Source of the DNA: an uncultured Acidobacteriota bacterium
Lineage (GTDB): Bacteria; Acidobacteriota; Blastocatellia; RBC074
DNA length: 64,000 bases
NCBI GenBank assembly: GCA_963796275.1
Contig: CAWCKY010000001.1
Span: 256,001 to 320,000 of the forward strand
Direction of reading: 5' to 3'
The position numbers and the translations under genes are program-made. This document shows, piece by piece, positions 23,358-33,619 of the stretch. Within the stretch, counting starts at the first letter, position 1. Each line of letters starts with the position of its first letter. Under the pieces are notes generated by a model. It saw nothing but the letters and a program-made list of their open reading frames with translations, ran no database searches and was not told the DNA's origin.

Positions 23358-24536
23358 ATGACCGGATTCGTCGCACAATTTGACGCAGTCATCATCGGCG
23401 GCGGCGTTATCGGCTGCTCGATCGCGTGGAGGTTGGGCCAGGCCGGACTGCGCGTCGTCGTGGTCGAGCGCGGCAGCATAGGCAAGGAAGCCTCATGGGC
23501 GGCGGGAGGAATCTTGTCGCCATTAGCCGAAGCCGACAGCCCGGATGAGTTCTTCCAGTTATGTGCGGCAAGCCGTGCGCTGTATCCCGATTTTGCCAGC
23601 GAATTGCGCGGAGCATCAGGCCTGGATATCGAATACCGCACCGATGGCACAATCTACCTGGCGCTGACAAAAGAAGACGAGGAGGAGCTCGAGGTCCGCT
23701 GGCGGTGGCAGCACGAGATCGGGTTGAACGTGAAGCGTTTGAACGCTGCTTGCGTTCATAAACTTGAGCCGTCGGTCAGCGACCGGCTGCGCTGGGCACT
23801 GAAATTCCCGGACGACCATCAGATCGATAATCGGCGCTTGATAAAAGCGCTCGAAATCGCATGCAGAAGAGCCGGCGTAGCATTTTTAACGCACACCGAA
23901 GTAATCTCCCTATCGCTCGAGGGCCAGCACGTCCGGGGCGTCTTCACCCCTCATAACGAGTTGAAGGCGAAAACGGTCATCGTCGCTGCCGGGGCCTGGT
24001 CTTCGCTGATCGGAGCACGGAGAGATGAGCCCGAGTTCGCAAGATCTTTTTCCATCGAACCGATCCGCGGTCAAATGCTGGCGATCGAGATGGCCGATCG
24101 ACCTCTGAATCACATCGTCTACTCGCGGAGGGCGTATCTCATACCGCGCTACAGCGGATACGTAATCGCCGGATCGACGGTCGAAGAGGCGGGATACGAT
24201 GCGCGCGTGACAGCCGGGGGGATCGGCTCGATCATTCAACGGGCAATTGAAATCGCACCTCCGCTGGCCGATCGCGTAATAGTCGAGACCTGGGCCGGAT
24301 TAAGGCCGAAAGTGAATCGCGCGTGTTTTCGCGACGAATGGCCGGTGCTTGGTGAAGATGCGGTCATCAGCGGCCTGATATATGCGACCGGCCATTTTCG
24401 TAACGGCATACTGCTGACGCCTATCACCGCCGAAACGATAAGCGAGCTCGTTTTGCGAGGAGAGTCTTCGCAAAAGATCGCTCCTTTCAGCCCTCTAAGG
24501 TTTTATGCGCCGGAGGGCGAAAAACAGACCGACTAA
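23358..24536 (+). CDS. thiO: Glycine oxidase ThiO (DAO family)
   Basis: IIGGGVIG; ASWAAGGIL; PIRGQM; WAGLRP; GHFRNGILLTP. Confidence 0.92.
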   Translation: MTGFVAQFDAVIIGGGVIGCSIAWRLGQAGLRVVVVERGSIGKEASWAAGGILSPLAEADSPDEFFQLCAASRALYPDFASELRGASGLDIEYRTDGTIYLALTKEDEEELEVRWRWQHEIGLNVKRLNAACVHKLEPSVSDRLRWALKFPDDHQIDNRRLIKALEIACRRAGVAFLTHTEVISLSLEGQHVRGVFTPHNELKAKTVIVAAGAWSSLIGARRDEPEFARSFSIEPIRGQMLAIEMADRPLNHIVYSRRAYLIPRYSGYVIAGSTVEEAGYDARVTAGGIGSIIQRAIEIAPPLADRVIVETWAGLRPKVNRACFRDEWPVLGEDAVISGLIYATGHFRNGILLTPITAETISELVLRGESSQKIAPFSPLRFYAPEGEKQTD

Positions 24537-25091
24537 AGTCTTGGCGTCGCGTATCTGGCCGTTTCCGATCGACGCTTCAATCTCAGAGACGCTGAACCCC
24601 CTGATTTCATAGATTATCTCTCCGCTATCGAGATCCTGCTGGCGTTTAATCAGGTCTCGCGCGAAGAAGAGATGAATGAGTTCGTCGCTGCTGCCCGGCA
24701 TCGCGTAACATTCGCATATCTTCTCCCACCGCGCAGCCTCGTAACCTGTCTCCTCCGACAGCTCCCGCGCGGCGCACTGATCAGGAGATTCGATCGGAAC
24801 CATTCGCGAATTTTCCTCGCGCCCCTCGATTGTACCGGCCGGCAATTCCCAGAGAATCTCATTTGCGGCATAACGGTATTGATGCATCATCACTATATGT
24901 TCGTTATCGAGGAAAGGTACGATGACGCAAATTCCGGGATGTCGCAGAGTAGAGAGCGTCTGAGTCCGTCCGGTGGCGACGTTTAATATCGTCTCGCGGT
25001 TGACGAGCCAGCGTAGTTCCGTGCCGTGTTTCCCTTCTCTCAATTCGCGGTATTCAGTCTTGGTCTCCAACCATTTGAATTGATTGTTCAT
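24495..25091 (-). CDS. NUDIX hydrolase (ADP-ribose pyrophosphatase-like)
   Basis: QYRY...WELPAG...AARELSEETG; IRDAKT. Confidence 0.92.
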   Translation of the reverse strand: MNNQFKWLETKTEYRELREGKHGTELRWLVNRETILNVATGRTQTLSTLRHPGICVIVPFLDNEHIVMMHQYRYAANEILWELPAGTIEGREENSRMVPIESPDQCAARELSEETGYEAARWEKICECYAMPGSSDELIHLFFARDLIKRQQDLDSGEIIYEIRGFSVSEIEASIGNGQIRDAKTLVGLFFALRRIKP

Positions 25092-25208
25092 GCAAAACTC
25101 CCAGAAAAAGTTGATTTTAACGGGTTATTCGGACTGCTATGCGGTAAATGTCGATAAAATCCTGAAAAATCCTATCACTCCAAAAATTGACAAAGATGCA
25201 ATCCGGTG

Positions 25209-25237
25209 TTGACACATAGAATCTCATCCGTCAGAAT
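25209..25237 (+). promoter_or_regulatory. Sigma70 promoter of the lysine operon
   Basis: TTGACA-17 nt-CAGAAT about 40 nt before the riboswitch. Confidence 0.65.
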
Positions 25238-25276
25238 CACGATTCTTTTTAACCACGATCTTTATAGATTTGCAAT

Positions 25277-25462
25277 CGAGTAGAGGCGCGGCTTTCAAGA
25301 GTAACTCATCCGACAGCGCGGATATCTGGGTGAAGATGAGCGAAAGGGAAGAGCCGCCGAAGCCAACGCGAACCTTCGCAATCGCGCTGGCTGGCCGTCA
25401 GGGCTAAATCCCTCAGGCTGTCATCGCTCACCCAACTTAATTGGGCGTTGGAGTGCTCTCGG
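25277..25462 (+). ncRNA. Lysine riboswitch (L-box) aptamer
   Basis: AGAGGCGC...AAGAGTA...GAAAGGG...GCCGAA...TGG...CTGTCA...GGAGTGCT conserved blocks; CGAG/CTCG P1 pairing; lies upstream of lysC. Confidence 0.92.
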
Positions 25463-25517
25463 TAACCGCAGTCATCATTTTAGCGCCAGGCGCTCCCGCC
25501 TGGTATGAAATAAAGGC

Positions 25518-25554
25518 ATGGGTTAGCAGGCATTCCGCTGCTAACCCATTTTTT
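25518..25554 (+). terminator. Riboswitch expression-platform terminator
   Basis: ATGGGTTAGCAG-gcattccg-CTGCTAACCCAT followed by TTTTT. Confidence 0.88.
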
Positions 25555-25671
25555 CATGTGAGAGAAGAGTCGGGATTCTTATAGCGTGGTCAAGTATTTC
25601 GCAGCGACAGGGTTGGACAACGTGTCATACCCCGTGTGCGTTCGAAGCTATCCGTCGATAATTAAGGAAAG

Positions 25672-27085
25672 GTGAATGGAAAAATGATCGTCATGAAATT
25701 CGGCGGCTCCTCCGTAGAAGATGTATCCGCCATAAAACGCCTGGTCTCCGATGTTCGGACACAACTACACCGTCATCCGGTCGTTGTCGTTTCAGCCATG
25801 GGTAAGACGACAAATGGCCTTCTTGAATGCGCGCGGCTGGCAGCGGGAAAAGATTTACCAAAGGCGCTCTCCCGGCTCGAGTCGATCTCTGCGCATCACT
25901 TCAACACGGCGAAGGATCTGGCTCTGCCAGAAGATATAGATACATTGCGCGTGGCGTTGAGCCGTCGTTTTGATGAAGTCTGTCGGGTCATCAAGGAAAT
26001 CGGCGAAGAGGAGGAGTTAACTCCCAAGCTCTCCGACGCGCTGTCATCCAATGGCGAGTTGCTCTCCTCGCTCATCGTAGCTGCCGCTTTACGCGCTGAC
26101 GGGATGGGCGGAGTGTGGGTCGATATCCGACCTGCGATGCGGACAAGCGATGATTTCACGCGCGCGGCGGTACGCTTCGATACGGCGAATCCGACAATAA
26201 ATGAGGTTTTCCAGTTTGCCCGGACTGATGGCGCAGTTCCTGTCACACAAGGGTTCATCGGGTCAACCTCTGACGGTCTGACGACGACGATCGGACGCGG
26301 CGGCTCGGATTATTCGGCCTCGATCATTGGAGCGGCGCTCGATGCCGAAGAGATACAGATCTGGACCGATGTCGACGGTATCATGACGACGGACCCGCGA
26401 ATTGTGCCCGAGGCTGTCAAGGTGAAAGTCATTTCATTTGCTGAGGCTTCGGAATTGGCTTATTTCGGTGCGAAGGTTCTACATCCGAGCACCCTGCTCC
26501 CCGCGATGGCTAAGGACATTCCGGTCTGCGTCTGCAATTCGCGCCGTCCGGAGATACCTGGCACCGCCATCGTGCGGAAATCTCCGGCATCGCGCGCGTT
26601 AATCAAGGCCATCGCCTTCAAGCGTGGTATCAGCGTGGTCAACGTCGCATCGGATCGGCATGCTGATGTCGCACGGTTTTCTGGCCCGTCTGTTCGATGT
26701 CTTCAACAAACACGAAACATCGGTAGACATGGTCGCGACATCCGAGGTCAGCGTGTCGATGACGCTCGACGATACGCGCCATCTCGAACTGATCATCGCG
26801 GATTTGAGGGAGTTCGGCGAGGTTGTGGTAGAACGTGATCAGGCCCTCATTTGTCTGGTTGGAGAGAATCTGAAATTCACCCCGGGCGTTGCCGCGCGTA
26901 TCTTCTCGAGCATCGAACAGGTGAACGTATCGATGATCTCGCACGGCGCCTCCGCTATCAATGTCAGTTTCATTGTCAGCGATAAGGATACCGAACGAGC
27001 CGTCAAAGCGTTGCATAGTGAATTGTTCAGAGAGCTCGATGCCGAGACTTTCGAAGCGCCCGCGTCGATGATGGCCGGGGCGTAA
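25672..27085 (+). CDS. lysC: Lysine-sensitive aspartokinase, split by a +1 frameshift at about 26659
   Basis: MKFGGSSV, VVVSAMG, GRGGSDYSA, WTDVDG, FGAKVLHP in one frame; ACT domains (MLMSHGFLARLF...SVDMVATSEVSVS) in the next frame. Confidence 0.9.
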
Positions 27086-27132
27086 TGGTGAACGAAACGG
27101 AACCATGCGTGATCTGCTGAGGAAAAAAAACG

Positions 27133-27825
27133 ATGAAGATAGCCATTGTCGGCTACGGCAAGATGGGGCGAATGATTGAGCGCATCGCTAGCGCGCGAGG
27201 AAACGAAGTCTCCGTGCGCTTCGATGTTGACAACAACATAGCCGGCGCAGGATTGACTGCCGAAACTCTGGCCGGGGTCGATGTGGCGCTTGAATTTTCG
27301 ACGCCCGAGACGGCGGTCGAAAACATTCGCCGGCTCGTCTCCCTGCGTGTTCCGGTCGTAGTCGGAACCACCGGCTGGTACTCGCGGCTCGACCAGGTCA
27401 GAGACATGGTTGGAAAAGCGAATAGCGCACTCGTTTATGGCGCCAACTTTTCCATTGGTATGAATATTTTCTTCAAAATCACCCAACAAGCGGCGGCGCT
27501 CTTTGCGCGGCATGACGAATATGCTCCGTTTCTATTCGAGCATCATCATCAGTTCAAAAAAGACGCGCCATCGGGCACCGCGCTTGTCATCTCAGGGCTG
27601 CTGCGCGAAAGTTATGGTGACGGAACTCCTGAAGCGGTAAGTCTTCGAGCGGGCTATGCGCCGGGCACGCATGAGGTCGGATTCGATTCGGAGGCGGATA
27701 CCATAACGCTCACGCACACTGCGCGCAGCCGCGAGGGGTTTGCTGCCGGCGCCCTGCTGGCGGCTGAAAAGATCATCGGAAAACGGGGAGTATACGAATT
27801 TTCCGAATTACTATTCGATAATTGA
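27133..27825 (+). CDS. dapB: 4-hydroxy-tetrahydrodipicolinate reductase
   Basis: GYGKMG; VGTTGW; ANFSIG; EHHHQFKKDAPSGTA. Confidence 0.96.
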   Translation: MKIAIVGYGKMGRMIERIASARGNEVSVRFDVDNNIAGAGLTAETLAGVDVALEFSTPETAVENIRRLVSLRVPVVVGTTGWYSRLDQVRDMVGKANSALVYGANFSIGMNIFFKITQQAAALFARHDEYAPFLFEHHHQFKKDAPSGTALVISGLLRESYGDGTPEAVSLRAGYAPGTHEVGFDSEADTITLTHTARSREGFAAGALLAAEKIIGKRGVYEFSELLFDN

Positions 27826-27844
27826 ATTTGAAAGCAGAGGGACA

Positions 27845-28771
27845 ATGGCAAATTTAAATCGACTATCTAAAGTCATACGAGGGTGTGGCACTGCGCTGAT
27901 CACCCCGTTCAATCGCGACGAAGCAATCGATGAAAACGCGCTACGCCGACTGGTCGACTTTCAAATCGAGGGGGGCGTCGATTTTCTGGTCTCTTGCGGT
28001 ACGACCGGGGAAAGCGTCACGATGAGCGAAGATGAACAGGCGCGGGTAATAGAAATCACCATCGACGCGGCGGCGGGACGAGTCCCGGTAGTAGCCGGTG
28101 CAGGTGGATATAATACGCGCGAAGTGATCGAGAAGATCGGTCGTTTCACAGAGCTGGGGGCCGATGCGATTTTGTCGGTCACGCCTTACTACAATAAACC
28201 GACGCAGGAGGGGCTTTTCCAGCATTATCGTGCGATCGCCGAGGCCAGTTCGCTGCCGATCATCCTCTATAACGTGCCGGGAAGAACCGGCTGCAATCTT
28301 GAGCCGGCGACGGTCGAGCGCTTGTCACACTGGAAACCGATCCACGGGATCAAAGAAGCATCGGGCAATATCTCGCAGATCGCCGAAACCGCTTCGCTGG
28401 TCGATGAATCATTCAAGATTTTTGCGGGAGACGACAGCGTGGTTCTGCCGGTCGCGGCGCTCGGGGGAGTCGGCGTGGTCTCGGTAGCATCGAACCTGCT
28501 GCCGAAACTGGTGAGCGATCTCTGTCATGCATGCATCGAAGGCCGGTTCGCGGAGGCTCGTCAATTGAACCGCGAGCTCACCCCGATCTTCAAAGCGATG
28601 TTCATAGAGAGCAATCCGATCCCGGTTAAGGCTGCGCTGGCTATGATAGGAATGATCGAGGAGAATTATCGGTTGCCGCTCGTACCCATAAGCCCGGGAA
28701 ATCGCGATCGCCTGGTACAGGTGCTGGCCGAGAGCGGTGTTCTGGCGAAAGTCGCGAGTGAGGCGAAATAA
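27845..28771 (+). CDS. dapA: 4-hydroxy-tetrahydrodipicolinate synthase
   Basis: ALITPF; GTTGES; PYYNKP; YNVPGRT; IKEASG; NPIPVK. Confidence 0.97.
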   Translation: MANLNRLSKVIRGCGTALITPFNRDEAIDENALRRLVDFQIEGGVDFLVSCGTTGESVTMSEDEQARVIEITIDAAAGRVPVVAGAGGYNTREVIEKIGRFTELGADAILSVTPYYNKPTQEGLFQHYRAIAEASSLPIILYNVPGRTGCNLEPATVERLSHWKPIHGIKEASGNISQIAETASLVDESFKIFAGDDSVVLPVAALGGVGVVSVASNLLPKLVSDLCHACIEGRFAEARQLNRELTPIFKAMFIESNPIPVKAALAMIGMIEENYRLPLVPISPGNRDRLVQVLAESGVLAKVASEAK

Positions 28772-28870
28772 ACGCGCCGATCAGGAAGATCTTCATTACA
28801 AAAGCGCTGAAGGAAAGGGCGATATCCTATTGTGTTTTTATCTTTTGTAATCTTGTGGTGAATCAATCAT

Positions 28871-30058
28871 TCAGAGGCAGGCTTCGAAAAGCCCCGCAGC
28901 GCCTTGCCCTCCGCCGATGCACATCGTCACGACGCCATACTTCGCCTTGCGCCGAACCATCTCATTGGCCAATGTGCCCACCATCCTCGAGCCTGTCATC
29001 CCGAACGGATGGCCGATCGAGATCGAGCCGCCATTGACGTTGAGCTTCTCCGGATCGATACCCAGCCGGTCGCGGCAATAGATGACCTGTACCGCGAAGG
29101 CCTCGTTCAGCTCCCATAAATCTATGTCGTCGATCTTCAGTCCATGCCGATTGAGCAGCTTGGGAACGGCGAAAACGGGCCCGATGCCCATTTCGTCGGG
29201 CTCGCATCCGGCGACAGCAAATCCGCGAAAGATCAGTTTCGGTTTAATACCAAGCTTCTCGGCTCGTTCGAGCGACAGCATCAATGTGGCCGAAGCTCCG
29301 TCGGAGAGTTGCGATGAATTGCCCGCAGTCACCGTCCCCTGTCCGCTGTTGGGATCGAAGTGCGGTTTCAAGGCGAGTAATCCCGCCAGCGTGGTATCCG
29401 GGCGATTGCATTCGTCCTTCTCGAGTAAATATTCCTCGTTCCCAGTGATCTCGCCGGTCTTTTTGTCTACGATTCCGCGAGCGACTTGCATCGGCGCTAT
29501 CTCTTGCTCGAAAAACCCCTCGGCCTGGGCGTGCGCCGTGCGTTGCTGGCTGGCGAGCGCGTACTCGTCCTGGGCCTCGCGGCTGATGCGATAGCGCTTG
29601 GCCACAACTTCGGCAGTCTCGCCCATCACCATATAAATACCGGGATAATGCTCCTGCACCCAGGGATTGGGCTTATTGTTGCGCTCCATCATGGTGATGC
29701 TTTCCACTCCCCCGCCGATCGCCGCATCGGCGCCGCCAATAATGATCTGGTGCGCCGCCATCGCGATCGCCTGCAGACCGGAAGAGCAGAAACGGTTGAC
29801 CGTGGTTCCCGCGACGGTGACCGGCAGCCCCGCCAGCAGCGATGCGATGCGCGCGACGTTCGAGCCTTGTACGCCAGCCGGATAGCCGCAGCCGATAATC
29901 ACGTCTTCGATCTCCTCACGGACGAGTTCCGGAGTCTTGCGGAATACGTCTTTTAAACAATGCGCGAGTTGATTATCGGGGCGAGTCAGATTGAATGATC
30001 CGCGGAATGACTTGGCAAGCGCTGTGCGCGAACTGGCGACAACTACTGCTTCTTTCAT
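28871..30058 (-). CDS. Acetyl-CoA C-acyltransferase (thiolase)
   Basis: NRFCSSG; ELNEAF; GHPFGMTG; MCIGGGQG. Confidence 0.96.
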   Translation of the reverse strand: MKEAVVVASSRTALAKSFRGSFNLTRPDNQLAHCLKDVFRKTPELVREEIEDVIIGCGYPAGVQGSNVARIASLLAGLPVTVAGTTVNRFCSSGLQAIAMAAHQIIIGGADAAIGGGVESITMMERNNKPNPWVQEHYPGIYMVMGETAEVVAKRYRISREAQDEYALASQQRTAHAQAEGFFEQEIAPMQVARGIVDKKTGEITGNEEYLLEKDECNRPDTTLAGLLALKPHFDPNSGQGTVTAGNSSQLSDGASATLMLSLERAEKLGIKPKLIFRGFAVAGCEPDEMGIGPVFAVPKLLNRHGLKIDDIDLWELNEAFAVQVIYCRDRLGIDPEKLNVNGGSISIGHPFGMTGSRMVGTLANEMVRRKAKYGVVTMCIGGGQGAAGLFEACL

Positions 30059-30138
30059 GTCTACTCATCTTTCACAATTTTGACCGGAATCGGTCAGATT
30101 TGATTTCACTGCAGAAAATGGGCGATCTCAATGGACGA

Positions 30139-30780
30139 TCAGCTCAATTTCCGATTAAACCGACTGCGGCTGCGTAAATGTTCAACAACTTCCGCCGGAG
30201 CTTTGCCTGGCGAACCGGCATCGAAAGGCGGTTGCGGATCGTACTCTATTCCGAGTTGAATTGCCTGAGCGGTGCGCTCACCGCATTCGCGCGCAACCAG
30301 CGTTAACGCCATATCGATGCCCGCAGAAACTCCGGCAGATGTAATTATCTTGCCCTCGATCACGATTCGCTCCGCCACCGGCTCTGCGCCAAGCGAACGC
30401 AGTACATCATAGGCCAGCCAGTGACTCGTGGCTTTCAATCCTTTGAGCAAACCGGCTGCGCCCAATATCAATGAGCCGGTGCAGACCGATGCAGTCCAGC
30501 GCGACGTTTCGTGCGACCGCCTTATCCAGCTCAGCACATATTCGTCATCCATGAGGGCATCCTGACCCGGCCCGCCTGGAACGACTATGATGTCTGGGCG
30601 CAGAACCTGATCGATACAGAACTCGGCCACGAGCGCAAGGCTGCCGATATCGGTGCGTTTTGGCCCCGGTTCTCTCGCCGCGAATTTCACAGTGGCGTTG
30701 GGAATACGGCTCAGCACTTCGTACGGGCCGACTGCGTCAAGCGCGGTCAACCGGTCGAAGAGCAGGATGGCGATCTCCAT
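30139..30780 (-). CDS. DJ-1/PfpI family protein (isonitrile hydratase-like)
   Basis: LDAVGPYEVL; VPGG; SVCTGS; TSAGVSAGIDMAL; EYDPQPPF. Confidence 0.92.
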   Translation of the reverse strand: MEIAILLFDRLTALDAVGPYEVLSRIPNATVKFAAREPGPKRTDIGSLALVAEFCIDQVLRPDIIVVPGGPGQDALMDDEYVLSWIRRSHETSRWTASVCTGSLILGAAGLLKGLKATSHWLAYDVLRSLGAEPVAERIVIEGKIITSAGVSAGIDMALTLVARECGERTAQAIQLGIEYDPQPPFDAGSPGKAPAEVVEHLRSRSRFNRKLS

Positions 30781-30861
30781 GGAGCCTCCTGTATGAATCT
30801 TGAGAATGCGGGGCAAATTACAAACCAGACGAAAACCATTCGTACCGATTGTATATTTTCC

Positions 30862-32982
30862 CTATTTCGCACTCTCCTTGTCGAATTCGGCAAATGTCTT
30901 ACCAGATTCGGCAAGCTTTTTAAGTAGCGGCGCCGGCTTCCACAATTCGCCGTGCTCCTGGTGGAACTGGCAGACGCGCTCGTAGACTCGCTTCAGTCCG
31001 ATGGAATCCGCATACCACATCGGCCCGCCGCGCCACGCCGGGTACCCATAACCGTTGATATAAATGATGTCGATATCGACCGCCCGCAGCGCTATCCGTT
31101 CCTCCAGAATCTTCGCCCCCTCATTGATCAATGAATATTGAGTGCGTTCGATGATCTCCTCATCGCCGATCGCGCGGCGCGTTATTCCGGCTGCAGCGGC
31201 GATCTCATCAATAAGTTTTTCGACATCGGGATCGGGAATCGCCTTGCGGTTCTCATCGTAAATGTACCAGCCCGCCCCGGTCTTCTGTCCGAATCGTCCG
31301 AGTTCGCACAAACGATCGGCGATAAGCGGCGTGCGCACGCCGGGCTGCTCCAGATGCTTGTGTTCCTTGCGTATCCGCCAGCCGACATCGAGCCCCGCCA
31401 GGTCGCCGACTGCCAACGGTCCCATTGCCATTCCGAATTGATAAAGAGCGCCGTCGACGTCCTGCGGTTTCGCTCCCTCTTCGACCAGGAACTGCGCCTC
31501 GCGGCCATACTGGTGGAGCATCCGGTTGCCGACGAACCCGTAGCAGTTTCCGACGAGCACTCCGACTTTCTTCAACCGCCTCGCCAGCGCCATCGAAGTC
31601 GCTATCACGCTTTTGCTTGATGTCTCCCCGCGCACGATTTCGAGGAGCCGCATGACATTTGCAGGGCTGAAGAAATGATGGCCGATGACGAACTCGGGGC
31701 GCGAGGTTGCCGAAGCGATCTCATCGATGTTCAAGGTCGAGGTATTCGAAGCCAGGAGGGTGCCGGGTTTGCACACCTGATCGAGTTCCGCGAATATCTG
31801 TTTCTTCAATTCCATCCCTTCAAATACCGCTTCGGTAACGATATCGACCGCTTCGAATCCATCGTAGGTCAGAGTGGGAGAGATGAGTGCCATTCGCCGA
31901 TCCATCTCTTCCTGAGTGAAGCGGCCCTTCTTGACGGAATTTGTGTAATTTTTTCGGATCGTCGTCAGGCCGCGATCGAGGGCTTCCTGAGTCGTCTCTT
32001 TGATGATGACGGGAATGCCGGCGTTCGCATAATTCATCGCGATGCCGCCCCCCATTGTCCCCGCCCCGACGACGGCGGCCCGTTTGATGTCGATCTGCTT
32101 GGTATCTTTCGGTATGTCGGGGATCTTGGTAACCTCGCGCTCACCGAAGAAGACATGGATCAAGGCCTTCGATTGATCGGAGAAGAGACATTCCTTGAAC
32201 AGCTCCGCTTCCTTCGCGCAGCCTTCTTCAAAAGAAAGCTTCGTCGCCGCCTCGACCGCATCGATGGCGGCTAGCGGGGCGATCATCCCGCGCGCACTCT
32301 TTCTGGCGCCCGCGCGCGCGGTTTCGAAGATCGCGCTATTCGCCGTTTCCGTGCCGAGTTTGCCGTTTCTTTCCCTGGTTTTCTGCGGTTTTTCCGAGAT
32401 TTTCTCGCGCAGGAAAGCGATTGCGCCCTGCAGGAGATCGCCTTCGATAATGCGATCGACGATGCCGCACGAGCTGGCCTCTTTAGCGCTGATCGGGTTT
32501 CCTTCGACGCACATCTGTACAGCCTTGGCTACGCCGGCGAGCCGCGGAAGTCGCTGAGTGCCGGCAGCGCCGGGGATCAATCCGAGTTTAACCTCGGGCT
32601 GGCCGACTTGCGCCGAGAGCACGGCGACGCGGTAATGAAAGGCCATCGCGACCTCGAGTCCGCCGCCGAAGGCAGTCCCATGAATTGCAGCCACGACCGG
32701 CTTGGGACAATCTTCTATGGAGAGGAGCATATTGAGGAATTCAATACCTCTCTTTCGTTCACCGGAGGTTATCTTTCCGAATTCGCGGATATCGGCCCCG
32801 GCGATGAAAGTTTGTCCCGCGCCGATCATCACTGCGCCTTTGAGCGAAGCATCATTCCTCACCTGCTCGATAGCTGCGCTGATGCCTTCGGGAACGCCGG
32901 GGCTGAGCGCGTTGACTGGTGGGTTGTTGACGGTGATGATTCCGACTTCGCCGTCCCTGGTCAGTGTTACGAGTTCACTCAT
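30862..32982 (-). CDS. Enoyl-CoA hydratase / 3-hydroxyacyl-CoA dehydrogenase multifunctional enzyme
   Basis: FIAGADI, GGGLE, PEVKLG; VGAGTMGGGIA, SNTST, HFFSPA. Confidence 0.96.
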   Translation of the reverse strand: MSELVTLTRDGEVGIITVNNPPVNALSPGVPEGISAAIEQVRNDASLKGAVMIGAGQTFIAGADIREFGKITSGERKRGIEFLNMLLSIEDCPKPVVAAIHGTAFGGGLEVAMAFHYRVAVLSAQVGQPEVKLGLIPGAAGTQRLPRLAGVAKAVQMCVEGNPISAKEASSCGIVDRIIEGDLLQGAIAFLREKISEKPQKTRERNGKLGTETANSAIFETARAGARKSARGMIAPLAAIDAVEAATKLSFEEGCAKEAELFKECLFSDQSKALIHVFFGEREVTKIPDIPKDTKQIDIKRAAVVGAGTMGGGIAMNYANAGIPVIIKETTQEALDRGLTTIRKNYTNSVKKGRFTQEEMDRRMALISPTLTYDGFEAVDIVTEAVFEGMELKKQIFAELDQVCKPGTLLASNTSTLNIDEIASATSRPEFVIGHHFFSPANVMRLLEIVRGETSSKSVIATSMALARRLKKVGVLVGNCYGFVGNRMLHQYGREAQFLVEEGAKPQDVDGALYQFGMAMGPLAVGDLAGLDVGWRIRKEHKHLEQPGVRTPLIADRLCELGRFGQKTGAGWYIYDENRKAIPDPDVEKLIDEIAAAAGITRRAIGDEEIIERTQYSLINEGAKILEERIALRAVDIDIIYINGYGYPAWRGGPMWYADSIGLKRVYERVCQFHQEHGELWKPAPLLKKLAESGKTFAEFDKESAK

Positions 32983-32985
32983 TGG

Positions 32986-33546
32986 TCATTGCTCCTGTTG
33001 TTTGTTCTTCATTTTTTCGATCATCAACTGGTTGATCTTTTCCGACATCCCGCGCGGGACGCTGAGAGTATTCCATTCAGATGATTTCAGGTGCTTCGCC
33101 AGGAAGACGATCTGGCCGATGTGCGAGGCATAGTGCGTCAACTGGCGATTTATAGCTTGAACAACCGTATGCGGTTCGTGCCGGATCATGACTGTTAGCA
33201 TTACGTCTTCCGGCTGAAGCCCTTCAATAGCATGGAAGACATATTGCCAGCCATTCTCCCACCACTGCATCACTTGAGCCCGAGTGGTGTTTTCATCAAT
33301 TATGAACTCCTGGTCGCGATGGCGATCGGGTTTTTCGCCGTCGCTGGTCAAAAAATCCTCCCATCTCGACCGCAAATTACCCGCCAGGTGTTTGACGATG
33401 ACCGCTATGCTGTTGCTTTCGCGATCGAGCGCGACTAGGAACTGTGAGCCGTCGATCTGCTCGAGGGCGCGGTCGCCGAGCTTTTTGAGTTGGCGGAATT
33501 CCGCGAGGGCATTTTCGAGGTAGTGTTTTGATATGTCGCCAGGCAT
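32986..33546 (-). CDS. DUF1572 / DinB-like protein
   Basis: SNSIAVIVKHLAGNLRSRWEDFLTSDGEKPDRHRDQEF; HYASHIGQIV. Confidence 0.88.
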   Translation of the reverse strand: MPGDISKHYLENALAEFRQLKKLGDRALEQIDGSQFLVALDRESNSIAVIVKHLAGNLRSRWEDFLTSDGEKPDRHRDQEFIIDENTTRAQVMQWWENGWQYVFHAIEGLQPEDVMLTVMIRHEPHTVVQAINRQLTHYASHIGQIVFLAKHLKSSEWNTLSVPRGMSEKINQLMIEKMKNKQQEQ

Positions 33547-33619
33547 AGTGGTGAAGAGCCCTTCTGCCGCTAGGTGCAGAGGGACGTCCGATATCAAATC
33601 TCAAATTTGAAACTCAGCG

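Noticed and set aside
24495-24536. 42-nt convergent overlap of thiO and the NUDIX gene
   Set aside because: Short tail-to-tail overlaps of non-conserved C-termini are common.
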